Assembly (NCBI GenBank): GCA_947449735.1
Contig: CANFTB010000008.1
Coordinates: 4,071-68,070 of the forward strand
Direction of reading: 5' to 3'
DNA from: Chthoniobacteraceae bacterium
GTDB lineage: Bacteria > Verrucomicrobiota > Verrucomicrobiia > Chthoniobacterales > Chthoniobacteraceae
DNA length: 64,000 nucleotides
In this document: one piece after another, positions 37,825-47,263 of the stretch
Position numbering within the stretch: the first letter of the stretch is position 1
How the letters are laid out: each line of letters begins with the position of its first letter
Notes under the pieces: generated by a model
What the model saw: only the letters and a program-made list of their open reading frames with translations
Told to the model about the DNA's origin: nothing
Databases searched by the model: none
Made by a program: the position numbers and the translations under genes

Positions 37825-38865
37825 TCATGGTTTCCTCTGCGGCAGCACCCCGTTATCGGGTAGCGAGCGCGGCAGGAGCAGGTTTGGGTGGGCTTGCAGG
37901 GCGGCGGCGGCCTCAGGACTAAGTTTGGTGAGACCTGTCAGGTGAAGACGCCCTTTATGCTTCGCGAGAACAGCGGCGATGTCAGCGGTCAGCTCGGTGA
38001 TGCCCTTCAGCACGAGTTCGCCCGGAAAGGCGGCAAGGGCGGCGGAAGACTCTGGAGAAATCGAGGTCAGGCCGTTGAGCACCAGTGTACCGGTGCGCCT
38101 GGTCTTGCTGTTGCCGGTGCGTTTGGCGAGGGAGATGGCGACCGCAGGCGGAAGCGATACCAGACCGTTCAGCACGAGCACACCCTCATGGTCTGCAAGC
38201 GCCTCGGCGCTTTCAGGGGAGAGGACCGCGATCTCGTCCAGCCGCAGCACCGACGCCGCTCCATCCTGACGGCGGGAAACCACGCCCGGACGCGTCTTGT
38301 CCTCGTCGGTGCCCCGATGTTTTGCCAGTTCACCAGCGATCTGCGGGGACAAATCCTTAATCCCTAGCCTCAATTCTCCCCATTGCCGCGCGAGCTTTTG
38401 AGCGAGGGGGATGGAATCGAGTTTCGCCAAACCGTACATGAGCACCTTGCCCTGATGGGCGGCAAAATACTCCGCCGCCTTGGGATCGATGTTTTTGAGG
38501 CCGTTAAGGCGAAGATCCGCATATCCGAACTGCTTAACGGGCCTGTGCCTCGCGAGCACGGCCGCCGTCTCCGGGGAGATCTCTGCAAGGCCGTTGAAGG
38601 ACAGCGCCCCCTCATGATTGACGAGCACTTCGGCAACCCCAGGTGTGAGGTTAGTGAGCGAGTCAAACGAACCAAACGCCCCTTCTAAAGAACTCACGAT
38701 AGCCGGCTTCTTTTTCATTACCTCACGAGCCTGTTCCAAGGTCAGGAGGGCAAATTTTCCGGAATCCTGTGCCGACGAAGTCGCTGGCAGGCAGATGCCG
38801 GCCAGTACGGAGGCAAGCAACACGGAGCGGCAGAATCCTGCAAAGTGCATTTCCATCGCCCTCAT
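37825..38865 (-). CDS. Secreted repeat protein (about 9 LRR-like ~24-aa repeats 'L.LNGL..LSPE.A..LA.H.G')
   Basis: Signal peptide. Repeats include LSFNGLAEISPETAAVLARH, LRLNGLKNIDPKAAEYFAAH, LVLNGLVSLPPAVAISLAK, LVLNGLTSISPESSAALAAF and LHLTGLTKLSPEAAAALQAH. The ATG at 38865 overlaps the upstream gene's TGA (ATGA). Confidence 0.6.
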   Translation of the reverse strand: MRAMEMHFAGFCRSVLLASVLAGICLPATSSAQDSGKFALLTLEQAREVMKKKPAIVSSLEGAFGSFDSLTNLTPGVAEVLVNHEGALSFNGLAEISPETAAVLARHRPVKQFGYADLRLNGLKNIDPKAAEYFAAHQGKVLMYGLAKLDSIPLAQKLARQWGELRLGIKDLSPQIAGELAKHRGTDEDKTRPGVVSRRQDGAASVLRLDEIAVLSPESAEALADHEGVLVLNGLVSLPPAVAISLAKRTGNSKTRRTGTLVLNGLTSISPESSAALAAFPGELVLKGITELTADIAAVLAKHKGRLHLTGLTKLSPEAAAALQAHPNLLLPRSLPDNGVLPQRKP

Positions 38866-41507
38866 TTTTGAATCAAAAGGTCGCTCTCGCAGCACAGGAG
38901 CACGAGGTCCCGGAGCCGGTAACCGCCGGCGGCCGCCCTCTCCACAATGCCTCGGATGAAGGGCCGGTCGGCTACGGTCAGTTCGCGGCCCAGCGCATGG
39001 GTGAGCAGCTTCTCCACCAGGCAGCGGGCAAACTGCGGCTGGCGCTGAAGAAGCGCCTGCTTGAAACCGATCACGTCCTTGAACGGGGTGCCGCCGAACT
39101 CGCCGCTTGGATCGACCGCCAGAGCCTTGTTGTTGACCGAGTAGTGTCCGCGCCAGCGGCCGATGGCATCAAAACTCTCCAAAGCGAACCCGGGCGGGTC
39201 GATCTGCCGGTGGCAGCTCAGGCACGAGGGGTTTTCGCGATGCTTCTGCAGTCGGTCCCGGATCGTGGTCGTTCCCCGGATATCGGGTTCGACCACGGGG
39301 ATATTCGGAGGCGGCGGTGAGGGCGGTGCGCCGAGGATGTTTTCCAACAGCCACGCGCCGCGGATGACGGGCGATGTGTCCACTCCGTTGGCGGTGAGTG
39401 TCAGTACGCTCGCGTGGCCGAGCAATCCGCCCCGGCGTTTGTCGGTGAGCTTGACTTGAACGAAGCCCTGCGAGGGAGCATCACCAGCGCCGTCCGACCG
39501 GAGGTCCTCAGGCTTCAGGCCTTGCACAGGCGTTCCGAGGTCCGGCTCGGCGTCCCTCCACTGGATGCCATAGTGCTTCGCAAGCGCCTTGTTCACGAAG
39601 GTGTAGTCCGAATCGAGGAAATCAGCGATCGGGCCGTTGGTCTGGAGCAGCCGTTTAAAGAAGAGCAGGGTCTCCTTGCGCATCGCCGGCTCCAGGTTGT
39701 CGTCGAAATACACCGGAAACACCGGAGCCATCGAACCGAGCTTGCGCATCGCAAGCCAGCCGTCGAGAAACTCGCTCACGAACGTATCCGACCGGTTGTC
39801 GGCAAGCATCCGCCGGGCCTCCTCCCGGCGCGCCTCCGGGCGGACGAAATCCCCCGCAGCGGCGCGGGCAAGCATCTTCTCGTCGGGCAGTGACGACCAC
39901 AAAAAGTAAGAAAGACGTGAGGCGATCTCGTAGCCATCCAGCCTTTGATGGCGCTCTTCACGGTACAGGAACTCCGGCGCACAGAGCACTGCCCTGACGC
40001 CCTGCGTGATCGCCGCTTGGGCGGCCTGCTCCGGGGCCGTGCCCGCATCGGCCGCGGCCTTTTCCGAAGCACGCACCATTTGCACGATCGGCTCCACGTC
40101 GGCAGCGGTCACCGGCCGCCGCCAGGCGCGCTCCGCAAACTTCTGCAGCACACCGGGAGCCGCCGAAGACTCATAGCGAACGCCGCCGAAGATGGCGCGA
40201 TGGCTAGCGGGCGGCCATTGCTCGTTAAGCGGACCCTTTACTTCAACCTTGTGGATGCGAATTCGCGGGGTCTCGAAGAAGATGAAGAGCCCCCCGTCGC
40301 CGCCCATGTCGGCCGCCTCGTATTCTGCGAGCTGCTTCTTGTCGAACAGCGTATAGATGTTCTCCTTCACGAAGGTGGTCATGCGGAAATTGCTGTTCGA
40401 TGGACCGTTCGGAAACGACAGCCTGGGGAACTGACCCGCGTCCAGCCACACGCGGCATTCGAGCCAGGCAGGCATGTCGTCGGGCACGTCCCAGGTGGCG
40501 ATCGCGCGCCCTCCACTTGAGACAATCTCGCCGTAGCGGCCTATCAACGCATCCCTGACGGCATCTTTGTTCGCCGCATCGATGCCCGTGAGCGAACTCA
40601 CCGTCAGCGCCAGCCGATGTGGCTGGCTCGGGTCAATGAGCGCTCCGCCGCCAAACATCTTCTTTGAGTCCATGTCCGCATAACGAAACTTCGCCTCGGC
40701 AAGAACACGGATCCCATACCAGCCTGCCACCGAAACGCCCTCCCGCAAATCTTCCATCGGCACGCTGCTGTCGCGATATTCAAGCGTCTGGTAGGGCTGG
40801 GGCTGGCGGAGCCTCTTGGCATACCACTCCCGCTCGGCATGGCGATGCCCCAGGGACGTCCTGTCGAATGGTGGCACAAGCGACAGGGTGCGGACCTCAG
40901 GCTGTGCCTCAAAGTGGACCGCACGACCCACCACGTCTTTCGCCGCAGAAAGGTAGTGCCGCAGCAGGTAGCTCGAAGTCACCAGCCTCTCACCGTTCGA
41001 TGCAAATCCATGGGACCGCATGTCATCAGGAAAATCGCGGGTGGGATCGCGCCGGCCGAGATCGAGGTGCAGCAAATCCTCAAGCGTCCGGCGGTATTCA
41101 GTGCGGTTGAGTCGCCGCAACACGGCGTTGTCACCGGCGGGCCTGCTTTGCGCATAAGCAACGAGCGTTCTCTCCAGTTCCAAGACTGCGGCGCGGCGCT
41201 CATCGGTCGTGGGCTGGGGCTTGTCGGGCGGTGGCATCGTACCCCGTTCGATCTGCTCCAGAGCATGGAGCCATCCCTTTGCAGTGGCCTCTGTCACCGA
41301 TGCACCGAGAGCCTCGAGTGAAACGCGGCCCTTCCTGCTGGCGTCATCATGGCAGTCAAAACAGTGCGCAGACACGAACTCGGCCGCTTCTTTGCTGATT
41401 GCAGCAGGCTTGCCAGCAGCCGGATTTCCACGTTCGGAACATACGCCTGCATGCGCGCCAGCGAACAAGGCGGCGAGTGCCAGCAAGAGAGCTCTTGCCT
41501 GCCTCAT
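38862..41507 (-). CDS. DUF1592/DUF1588/DUF1585-type protein with N-terminal planctomycete cytochrome c motif (module 1)
   Basis: CFDCHDD heme motif, LRRLNRTEYRRTLEDLL, ASRLSYFLWSSLPDEKML, and CLSCHRQIDPPGFALESFDAIGRWR. 881 aa. ATGA overlaps at both ends. Confidence 0.8.
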   Translation of the reverse strand: MRQARALLLALAALFAGAHAGVCSERGNPAAGKPAAISKEAAEFVSAHCFDCHDDASRKGRVSLEALGASVTEATAKGWLHALEQIERGTMPPPDKPQPTTDERRAAVLELERTLVAYAQSRPAGDNAVLRRLNRTEYRRTLEDLLHLDLGRRDPTRDFPDDMRSHGFASNGERLVTSSYLLRHYLSAAKDVVGRAVHFEAQPEVRTLSLVPPFDRTSLGHRHAEREWYAKRLRQPQPYQTLEYRDSSVPMEDLREGVSVAGWYGIRVLAEAKFRYADMDSKKMFGGGALIDPSQPHRLALTVSSLTGIDAANKDAVRDALIGRYGEIVSSGGRAIATWDVPDDMPAWLECRVWLDAGQFPRLSFPNGPSNSNFRMTTFVKENIYTLFDKKQLAEYEAADMGGDGGLFIFFETPRIRIHKVEVKGPLNEQWPPASHRAIFGGVRYESSAAPGVLQKFAERAWRRPVTAADVEPIVQMVRASEKAAADAGTAPEQAAQAAITQGVRAVLCAPEFLYREERHQRLDGYEIASRLSYFLWSSLPDEKMLARAAAGDFVRPEARREEARRMLADNRSDTFVSEFLDGWLAMRKLGSMAPVFPVYFDDNLEPAMRKETLLFFKRLLQTNGPIADFLDSDYTFVNKALAKHYGIQWRDAEPDLGTPVQGLKPEDLRSDGAGDAPSQGFVQVKLTDKRRGGLLGHASVLTLTANGVDTSPVIRGAWLLENILGAPPSPPPPNIPVVEPDIRGTTTIRDRLQKHRENPSCLSCHRQIDPPGFALESFDAIGRWRGHYSVNNKALAVDPSGEFGGTPFKDVIGFKQALLQRQPQFARCLVEKLLTHALGRELTVADRPFIRGIVERAAAGGYRLRDLVLLCCESDLLIQK

Positions 41508-42757
41508 GAGAGCTCTCCAAAGACGCCCTTACTCTTGCCGAACGCGGAAGCCTCCACCCCAAAGCGCTGCGCCATCAAAAGGTAGAGATCGCACAGCGGC
41601 ACCCGCTTCTCTTTGGGCTCCGGCAGAATCATATGGGTGCGGTGCCTGTAACCACCACCAGCAACGAGCACCGGCAGATTCTTATTGGTGTGGGCACTGC
41701 CATCTCCCATGCCGCTCCCAAAAAGCACCTGCGTGCTGTTGAGCAGCCCGTACTCGTCGAGCTTGGTGAGGAACCTCGCGAGATGGACCATCTGATAATG
41801 CTCCACCTTTTTCATGCCGGCCATGAGCACCGGATCCTTCCCGTGGTGCGAGTACCCGTGGTAGCCCTTTTCCTCAATCCCCATGGCCGAGGTGTCAAAG
41901 GAACCAGGCACTTCTATCGAAGCTACACGCGTCGAATCAATTTGCAGGGCCAACGCCACGAGGTCGAATAGGATCGGCAATTGCTGGCTCACCGTGCCGT
42001 CCTTCGGCTCCTTCACGTCCACGCGCGGGCGGGGGCGCGAGAGCCAGGCCTTCTCCTGGGAGAGCGATTTTTCCACCTCTCGGATGGCAGTGAAGTACTG
42101 GTCCAGCTTCTCGCGGTCGCGGCCCGAGATCCGGTTGCCCATGCCCTTGGCCTGGCTGTTCACCGCATCCAAGATGGAGCCCTGCTGTTCGTAGTCGGCG
42201 CCCAACGACGCGGATAACTCTTCCGGATCGTCCACGAAGAGCATTTTGAAAACCCGCGACACCTGCTGGATTGGGGGCACCATGACGCCAGTGCGTGTCC
42301 AGGAGAGCTCCACCCCGCCGCCACCGACCGGGCCGGCAGCGGTGTTCAGCACGGGAAACCGCGTCTGGCCAGCCACCTGCCGCCCGAGGAACTGGTCGAG
42401 CGAGATGTTTCCATCCGGCATGGCGGAGACCTCGGAGGATTTCACACCCGAGAGGAAAGTGTGAGTCGATCCGTGGCCGCTGCTATAACCGTGGTCGAGA
42501 TTCGAGAAAACGGTGAACTTCCCCCGCAGCGGCTCAAACGGCGCCAGATTGTCCGGCAGCGCCGCCTTCAAACCCTCCTCCGTCGGAAAGAAGGCGTCCT
42601 GAATCATCCCAAACGGGTTTGCGACGCAGACAAAGCGCTGCACACTCGACTGCGAAGCAGCCCGTGAAAAACTCTCCAGCCAGGGAAGCGCAATGGTAAC
42701 GCCAGCGCCCCGCAGGAACTGACGGCGCGAAAGGCGGGCTGCTGGGATATGCTTCAT
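41504..42757 (-). CDS. DUF1552 domain protein with twin-arginine signal (module 1)
   Basis: MKHIPAARLSRRQFLRGAGVTIALPWLESF, and collinear with the 47264-48553 product (e.g. DSTRV..., YHGYSHHG). The 104-aa N-terminal extension of the listed ORF looks non-coding. Confidence 0.8.
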   Translation of the reverse strand: MKHIPAARLSRRQFLRGAGVTIALPWLESFSRAASQSSVQRFVCVANPFGMIQDAFFPTEEGLKAALPDNLAPFEPLRGKFTVFSNLDHGYSSGHGSTHTFLSGVKSSEVSAMPDGNISLDQFLGRQVAGQTRFPVLNTAAGPVGGGGVELSWTRTGVMVPPIQQVSRVFKMLFVDDPEELSASLGADYEQQGSILDAVNSQAKGMGNRISGRDREKLDQYFTAIREVEKSLSQEKAWLSRPRPRVDVKEPKDGTVSQQLPILFDLVALALQIDSTRVASIEVPGSFDTSAMGIEEKGYHGYSHHGKDPVLMAGMKKVEHYQMVHLARFLTKLDEYGLLNSTQVLFGSGMGDGSAHTNKNLPVLVAGGGYRHRTHMILPEPKEKRVPLCDLYLLMAQRFGVEASAFGKSKGVFGELS

Positions 42758-43069
42758 GGGGTGGGGCGGTTGCCGCTTTGTTTTGATGCATCCGAGGGCC
42801 GGGGTCAACGGCGGGCGTTGGTTCCGAAGGATGCTAAACGCAGGAGGATTCCTCACAAACCAAGCTTTTGCATCGGACAGACTTTCAACAATCCAAACCC
42901 GGAACAAGGACCCGAGGCTTGATTCGCCTCTTGCAGTACGATTCAGCAGTTCGCACCCGGCGCTGTCGCGGGGCGCCCTAAACAGCAACGGAAGCCTTTT
43001 CCCAGCGCTGAACTCGTCTTTGAAAGCGCCACGTTCAAAGATGAACGCCCCCAATCCGGGGCCGCCCAC

Positions 43070-44026
43070 TCACTCCAACCCCTTCAGGTAGTCCATCAGG
43101 CGCTCGATCTGCTCCTTCGTCAGCACGTCTGAAAAATTCGCCATCGGGACCTGCTCATAGCCCTGCACAATGGCGGCCTGCGGATTCAGGATGGATTCGC
43201 GCACATACGCCTCGTCCACCGTCACGTTCCCAGACTTTCCATTCCGGGTCACCACCTCTTCGCGGCCCCACAACCCCTTGAAGGTCGGCCCAATCAGTTT
43301 CGTGCCGTCCGTGGAATGGCACGCACTGCAAAAATTACGATACAGGTCCGCTCCCGTCAGCTCCACCACCTCGCGTACGAAAGCCTTGCCACTCGCCTTC
43401 AGCTGGATCTTCACTTCGGCCTTCCGAACCGCAGCCGCAATCTTAAGGATGCCCGGTCCGCTCCAGCGGATCCCCTCTCCCAGTTCGACCAACACATGCG
43501 CACTGGGGTTGAGCCTGTAAAACTTCTCCACCGGTTCGCCTCCCGGAAAAACCAGCTCCAGGGTGACGCAATCCGCGCCGGAAGAGCTCACCCTCTGCTC
43601 CACCCGAACTCCGTCCACTTCAAAAAGAAATGTCGGCTCTCCCGTCTGTGCATTCCGGCGGTACCCGCGGAAGAGAACCGAATCGGGAAGCGCATCAGGG
43701 TCGCGCAAACGAAACGGAACCGGGTCCATTCCAAGGGAACGGCGCGCTCCCAGAGGCTTGCAGCCGTTGCCCCCGCGGCCGTTGGTTTCCCCGTTAAAGT
43801 CGAGAAATCCCCCGAACCACACCTCCACAGGAGCGCACCGCATTCCGTCAAACGCGTAGTTAAATCCGCCGGGCATTCCCACGGCCACCATCCGGGCGGA
43901 GGCTCCTACCAACACACACCGCTGCACCACCGTTTTGTCCCGAACGACAACGTCCGTTTCTCTCTGAGCCAACGCCACTCCGCCGAGCAGGCACAGGAGG
44001 AGGCTGCTTATCTTTAAAAGTCTCAT
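43070..44026 (-). CDS. Secreted protein with C-terminal class I cytochrome c domain
   Basis: Signal peptide MRLLKISSLLLCLLGGVALA. C-terminal CSACHSTDGTKLIGPTFKGLWGRE...ILNPQA...PM. The start overlaps the upstream stop (ATGA at 44023-44026). Confidence 0.75.
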   Translation of the reverse strand: MRLLKISSLLLCLLGGVALAQRETDVVVRDKTVVQRCVLVGASARMVAVGMPGGFNYAFDGMRCAPVEVWFGGFLDFNGETNGRGGNGCKPLGARRSLGMDPVPFRLRDPDALPDSVLFRGYRRNAQTGEPTFLFEVDGVRVEQRVSSSGADCVTLELVFPGGEPVEKFYRLNPSAHVLVELGEGIRWSGPGILKIAAAVRKAEVKIQLKASGKAFVREVVELTGADLYRNFCSACHSTDGTKLIGPTFKGLWGREEVVTRNGKSGNVTVDEAYVRESILNPQAAIVQGYEQVPMANFSDVLTKEQIERLMDYLKGLE

Positions 44027-46155
44027 GGCAGCAGGTGGTTGAGGGTGTATGTGCCGCAGTTGTTCTCCAACGGAAGCCCGGAGCGCGAAGTGAGAACGGG
44101 CAACTGGATCTGATAAATAAACTCCGCCTTTCGTGGGAACCTAAGCGAAAGGACCGTCCGATCCGCAGACACGGCCACCTCCTCCACGGGGACGCTCATT
44201 TCATGGATTGGCTCCGACCCGTACCCGTCCCAGTAGTTGTACTGGTATTCGGTCACAGAAATGTCGCGGGGCAAAATGCCCCTCGAGTCCATGGGCAGCG
44301 TCAAAACCAGATCAAAGCCGGAACGGGTCAGCTCCATGCGCTGAATCTCAAAAGGCACCGCCCCGGGATCAAAGCGGACCACCTCGATTGCCGGATCGCC
44401 CGCAGTCCACCCCCGCCCGACGGACCCGACCCAGAGGTTGCCCTCGGGATCAAATGCCGTTGAATATGAAGCGCTTTTGAGGGGCCGGATGAACGGGAAG
44501 ACGGCACCCTGATACTGCCCGCCCACCTTTTCCAGAAACACCCGCACCACGCTTCGGTGGCAGATGTCGGCAATGAACGCCTGGCCCCCAAACGGCCCGA
44601 ACCCGGTTTTCGGCGCAAAGGAAGGATGCCCCGGAGAGTTCGTCAGGTCCCCATGAGCCAGCCACACCGCCGGGAGCTTTCGGAACTTGGTAAATTTCTC
44701 AGGGTCCAAGGGCGGAACCTCTCTGGGGATAAGCGCGTTGGTCTTGTAATCCAGGAGGCGCGGGGTGAGCCCGAACTCCGGGCGGTCCCAGAGCGAGGCT
44801 GGATGCCCAAGGAAATCGCCCTCCTCGACTTGGGTGAGATAGGAGGAAGCCACCCAGTCGCCCTGATTGTCGGTGATGAACAGTTCGTCCTTCGCGTTCA
44901 TCCCAATCCCCGCGGGAGAACGCAGGCCCGAGGCGAACGGGGTGAGGTTTCCCGCGGCGTCCTTCTTCATCACCCATCCCCGGTAGCCGAGCGAGGAGGT
45001 CATCTGGTTGGGGTATCCCTTGGGTGCCGCGCTGAAATGGCCTCCCGCGCTCAGTCCGGTGGAGAAAAACAAATCCCCGCGCGAGTTCATCCGGGGCCCG
45101 TAGGCAAACTCATGGTAGTGACCGGAAAAACGAAAACGGTCCTCTGCCGTCTCGTACACGTCCGCAACCCCATCGTGATCCGTGTCGCGAAGCAAGGTGA
45201 GCTCGGGCTTCTGCATGACATAAACGCCCTCCCCGTCGGGGGCGACCTGAACGCCATTAGCCTCGTGGAGCCCCTCCGCAAACAGCGACCACTGTTCGTT
45301 CTTGCGCCGCCATACGCCGCCCGTCCGCGTGGACACATACACGGAGCCGTCAGGGGCGAATCCAAAACCCGTGGGTTCAAACCGGGACGGCATCGCGGGA
45401 GCAGGCACCGCGAGTTCCCTCACAGAGTACCCGTGGGGCATGGTGGGCGTTTCCTTGCGCCGGTAGAACGTAATCGTGAAGGACTCCTGGTTTGGATACA
45501 GGTTCTTGAGTGTGTCCCTCTGGTTCTGCTGGCCGTCGGTGGACAAGCGGCGGAAATCGGTCTGGCGCACCCAGTAGTTTAAATACTCGTCTGTCTGCCC
45601 GCTGGCCTTGATCGCAAAAAACAAGCGCTGCTGCTGTTCATCCACCGTTTCAAAGGTTTCCGCCACCTCCCAAGACAGGCCCGTCTTTTCGTCCGACAAA
45701 CGGTACCGGAACCATACCTTTCCATCGCGCCCCTCGACTCCGACCCATTCATGACCGAGTTTGCGACGCGGCTTCTCTCCAAAAGTCCAGGGATCCGCCC
45801 TGAGCGAAAAGGACTTCAAGTTAGCAGTCCCGGGAACAAAGACGCCCGCCGCGTTCTCCTGCCCAAAGCGGCCGGTCCAGATCGACTGCATCGAAAACTG
45901 GTTCGGATCGTAAAGGTAGTGAATTCCATCAGCCGAACCCACCGCGATGCAGGGCCGTTTTCCGGGCTCAGGCGAGGGAACCTCGCGGACCACGAACCCT
46001 TTGGTGACGACCACTTCGTTTCCTTCCCCAAGTTGAAAACTCCCGACCGGAGATTCAGCAGCGGAGAGGCGGGAAAAAGCAACCACACTCGCGAGCAAGA
46101 TTCCCCTCCAGAAGTTGGTGGAGAGTGAGAAGGAAGACAGGCGTTTGGGAAACAT
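44023..46155 (-). CDS. Secreted beta-propeller protein, sugar-dehydrogenase-like (PVC 'membrane-bound dehydrogenase' type domain)
   Basis: Signal peptide, and segments resembling the propeller part of 25391-28480 (LLRDTDHDGVADVYE, GDLFFSTG, ITDNQGDW). 710 aa. Confidence 0.6.
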   Translation of the reverse strand: MFPKRLSSFSLSTNFWRGILLASVVAFSRLSAAESPVGSFQLGEGNEVVVTKGFVVREVPSPEPGKRPCIAVGSADGIHYLYDPNQFSMQSIWTGRFGQENAAGVFVPGTANLKSFSLRADPWTFGEKPRRKLGHEWVGVEGRDGKVWFRYRLSDEKTGLSWEVAETFETVDEQQQRLFFAIKASGQTDEYLNYWVRQTDFRRLSTDGQQNQRDTLKNLYPNQESFTITFYRRKETPTMPHGYSVRELAVPAPAMPSRFEPTGFGFAPDGSVYVSTRTGGVWRRKNEQWSLFAEGLHEANGVQVAPDGEGVYVMQKPELTLLRDTDHDGVADVYETAEDRFRFSGHYHEFAYGPRMNSRGDLFFSTGLSAGGHFSAAPKGYPNQMTSSLGYRGWVMKKDAAGNLTPFASGLRSPAGIGMNAKDELFITDNQGDWVASSYLTQVEEGDFLGHPASLWDRPEFGLTPRLLDYKTNALIPREVPPLDPEKFTKFRKLPAVWLAHGDLTNSPGHPSFAPKTGFGPFGGQAFIADICHRSVVRVFLEKVGGQYQGAVFPFIRPLKSASYSTAFDPEGNLWVGSVGRGWTAGDPAIEVVRFDPGAVPFEIQRMELTRSGFDLVLTLPMDSRGILPRDISVTEYQYNYWDGYGSEPIHEMSVPVEEVAVSADRTVLSLRFPRKAEFIYQIQLPVLTSRSGLPLENNCGTYTLNHLLP

Positions 46156-46399
46156 TTGTTTGAAGAACGACCGGGGTTGCGCGCCCAGTGAATAGTTCCC
46201 GGAAAAAACATTCTTAGGGCCTGAAACAACAAACCGGAATCGGCGAATGCGCCTCCGCCCCTTTTTTTACAGCAGGCGCAAGACGCTCTTTTCAGGGGGG
46301 CGAGCTCAAAAAGATGAGACAACTGTTCCGGCGGCAAAGCATTACTGCTGATTTTTTTCAGGGCTTCCACCCGCTTCAAGTGTGCGGGCAGATCCGGAA

Positions 46400-47056
46400 T
46401 TAGAGGGGCTCCAGGGTGCACCGCTTGACCTCGAAGGCGGCGCCTTCGACTTGCAGACCGATAAACCCCTCGCTGAGGTTGGCGCCGGCGGCCTTGTTCA
46501 CTTCCTTGCCATTCACGATGATCGTGACGCCGTCCCTGTCACAGACGCAGGTGAAGGTGTTCCACTCGCCGACAGGCTTTTCGGCGCTTTCGCCGGGTCG
46601 GCCGATGCGGTAGCCGCGGACCGCGCCCGTATTCTTGTCCTTGAGTTCCGTGCCGTCCTTAACCGTGGCGCCGTTCCAGAAATAGAAGTCTCCCTGCCGG
46701 TCGTGCATGCCCTGGCACTCGATGCTCTTCGGCCAGACAGCGTCGGGCGGGGTCATGTGGACGATCACTCCGGTATTACCGGGCTTGGTGAAGCGCCATT
46801 CCACCGTGAAGCGATATTGCTTGTAGCTCTTCTCAGTGCGCAGGAAGCCGCTGGGCTTGCCGGTGCATACGAGAAGGTCGTCCTTGATACTCCAGGTGTC
46901 CTTGGAGGTTGCTTCCGGAAAAGCGACCCAACCGAGGGTGTCCTTGCCGTTGAAGAGCTCGGCTTTGGCAGTGGGCGTGATAGCGTCGGCGGAGAAGACA
47001 GGGGCGACTGCCGACAGAAAGAGGGCGGCCACGAGGGGTAGGCGTGCGGGATACAT
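46400..47056 (-). CDS. DUF1080 domain protein (3-keto-disaccharide hydrolase-like, concanavalin fold)
   Basis: Signal peptide. LFNGKDTLGWV...WSIKDDLLVCTGKPSGFLRTEKSYKQYRFTVEWRF...GNTGV...IECQ...GDFY...FIGLQ is a typical DUF1080 layout. Confidence 0.75.
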   Translation of the reverse strand: MYPARLPLVAALFLSAVAPVFSADAITPTAKAELFNGKDTLGWVAFPEATSKDTWSIKDDLLVCTGKPSGFLRTEKSYKQYRFTVEWRFTKPGNTGVIVHMTPPDAVWPKSIECQGMHDRQGDFYFWNGATVKDGTELKDKNTGAVRGYRIGRPGESAEKPVGEWNTFTCVCDRDGVTIIVNGKEVNKAAGANLSEGFIGLQVEGAAFEVKRCTLEPL

Positions 47057-47263
47057 CGGTGCAACCTATGCGTTTGCAAACATGCATTGAAGGAAAAACA
47101 ACGGATGCACACGCTGCTTCACAAAACACGCCTGGCTCACGTTTTATCGAGAAGCATTGCGAACTCCTTCCCCAATTAGGCAATGCATAGACATACTCGT
47201 TTTCCAAAATCGCCTCCTAAGTCCGCCTTGCCCGCCGGATAATACTTCGAACGCTTCCGCCCC

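Noticed and set aside
43010-43045. Hairpin TCTTTGAA-N9-TTCAAAGA just downstream of the cytochrome c gene, considered as a terminator
   Set aside because: The stem is short and AT-rich, with no following U-tract on the transcribed (minus) strand. That is not enough support to call it a terminator.
42758-43069. 104-aa N-terminal extension of the module-1 DUF1552 ORF (and similar extensions of the ORFs for gcvP, dxr, thiD, Mrp and COG0523)
   Set aside because: The extensions lack protein-like composition. The homologous or paralogous proteins begin at the internal Met (a Tat signal in the DUF1552 case). The extensions are open only because stop codons are rare in GC-rich DNA.
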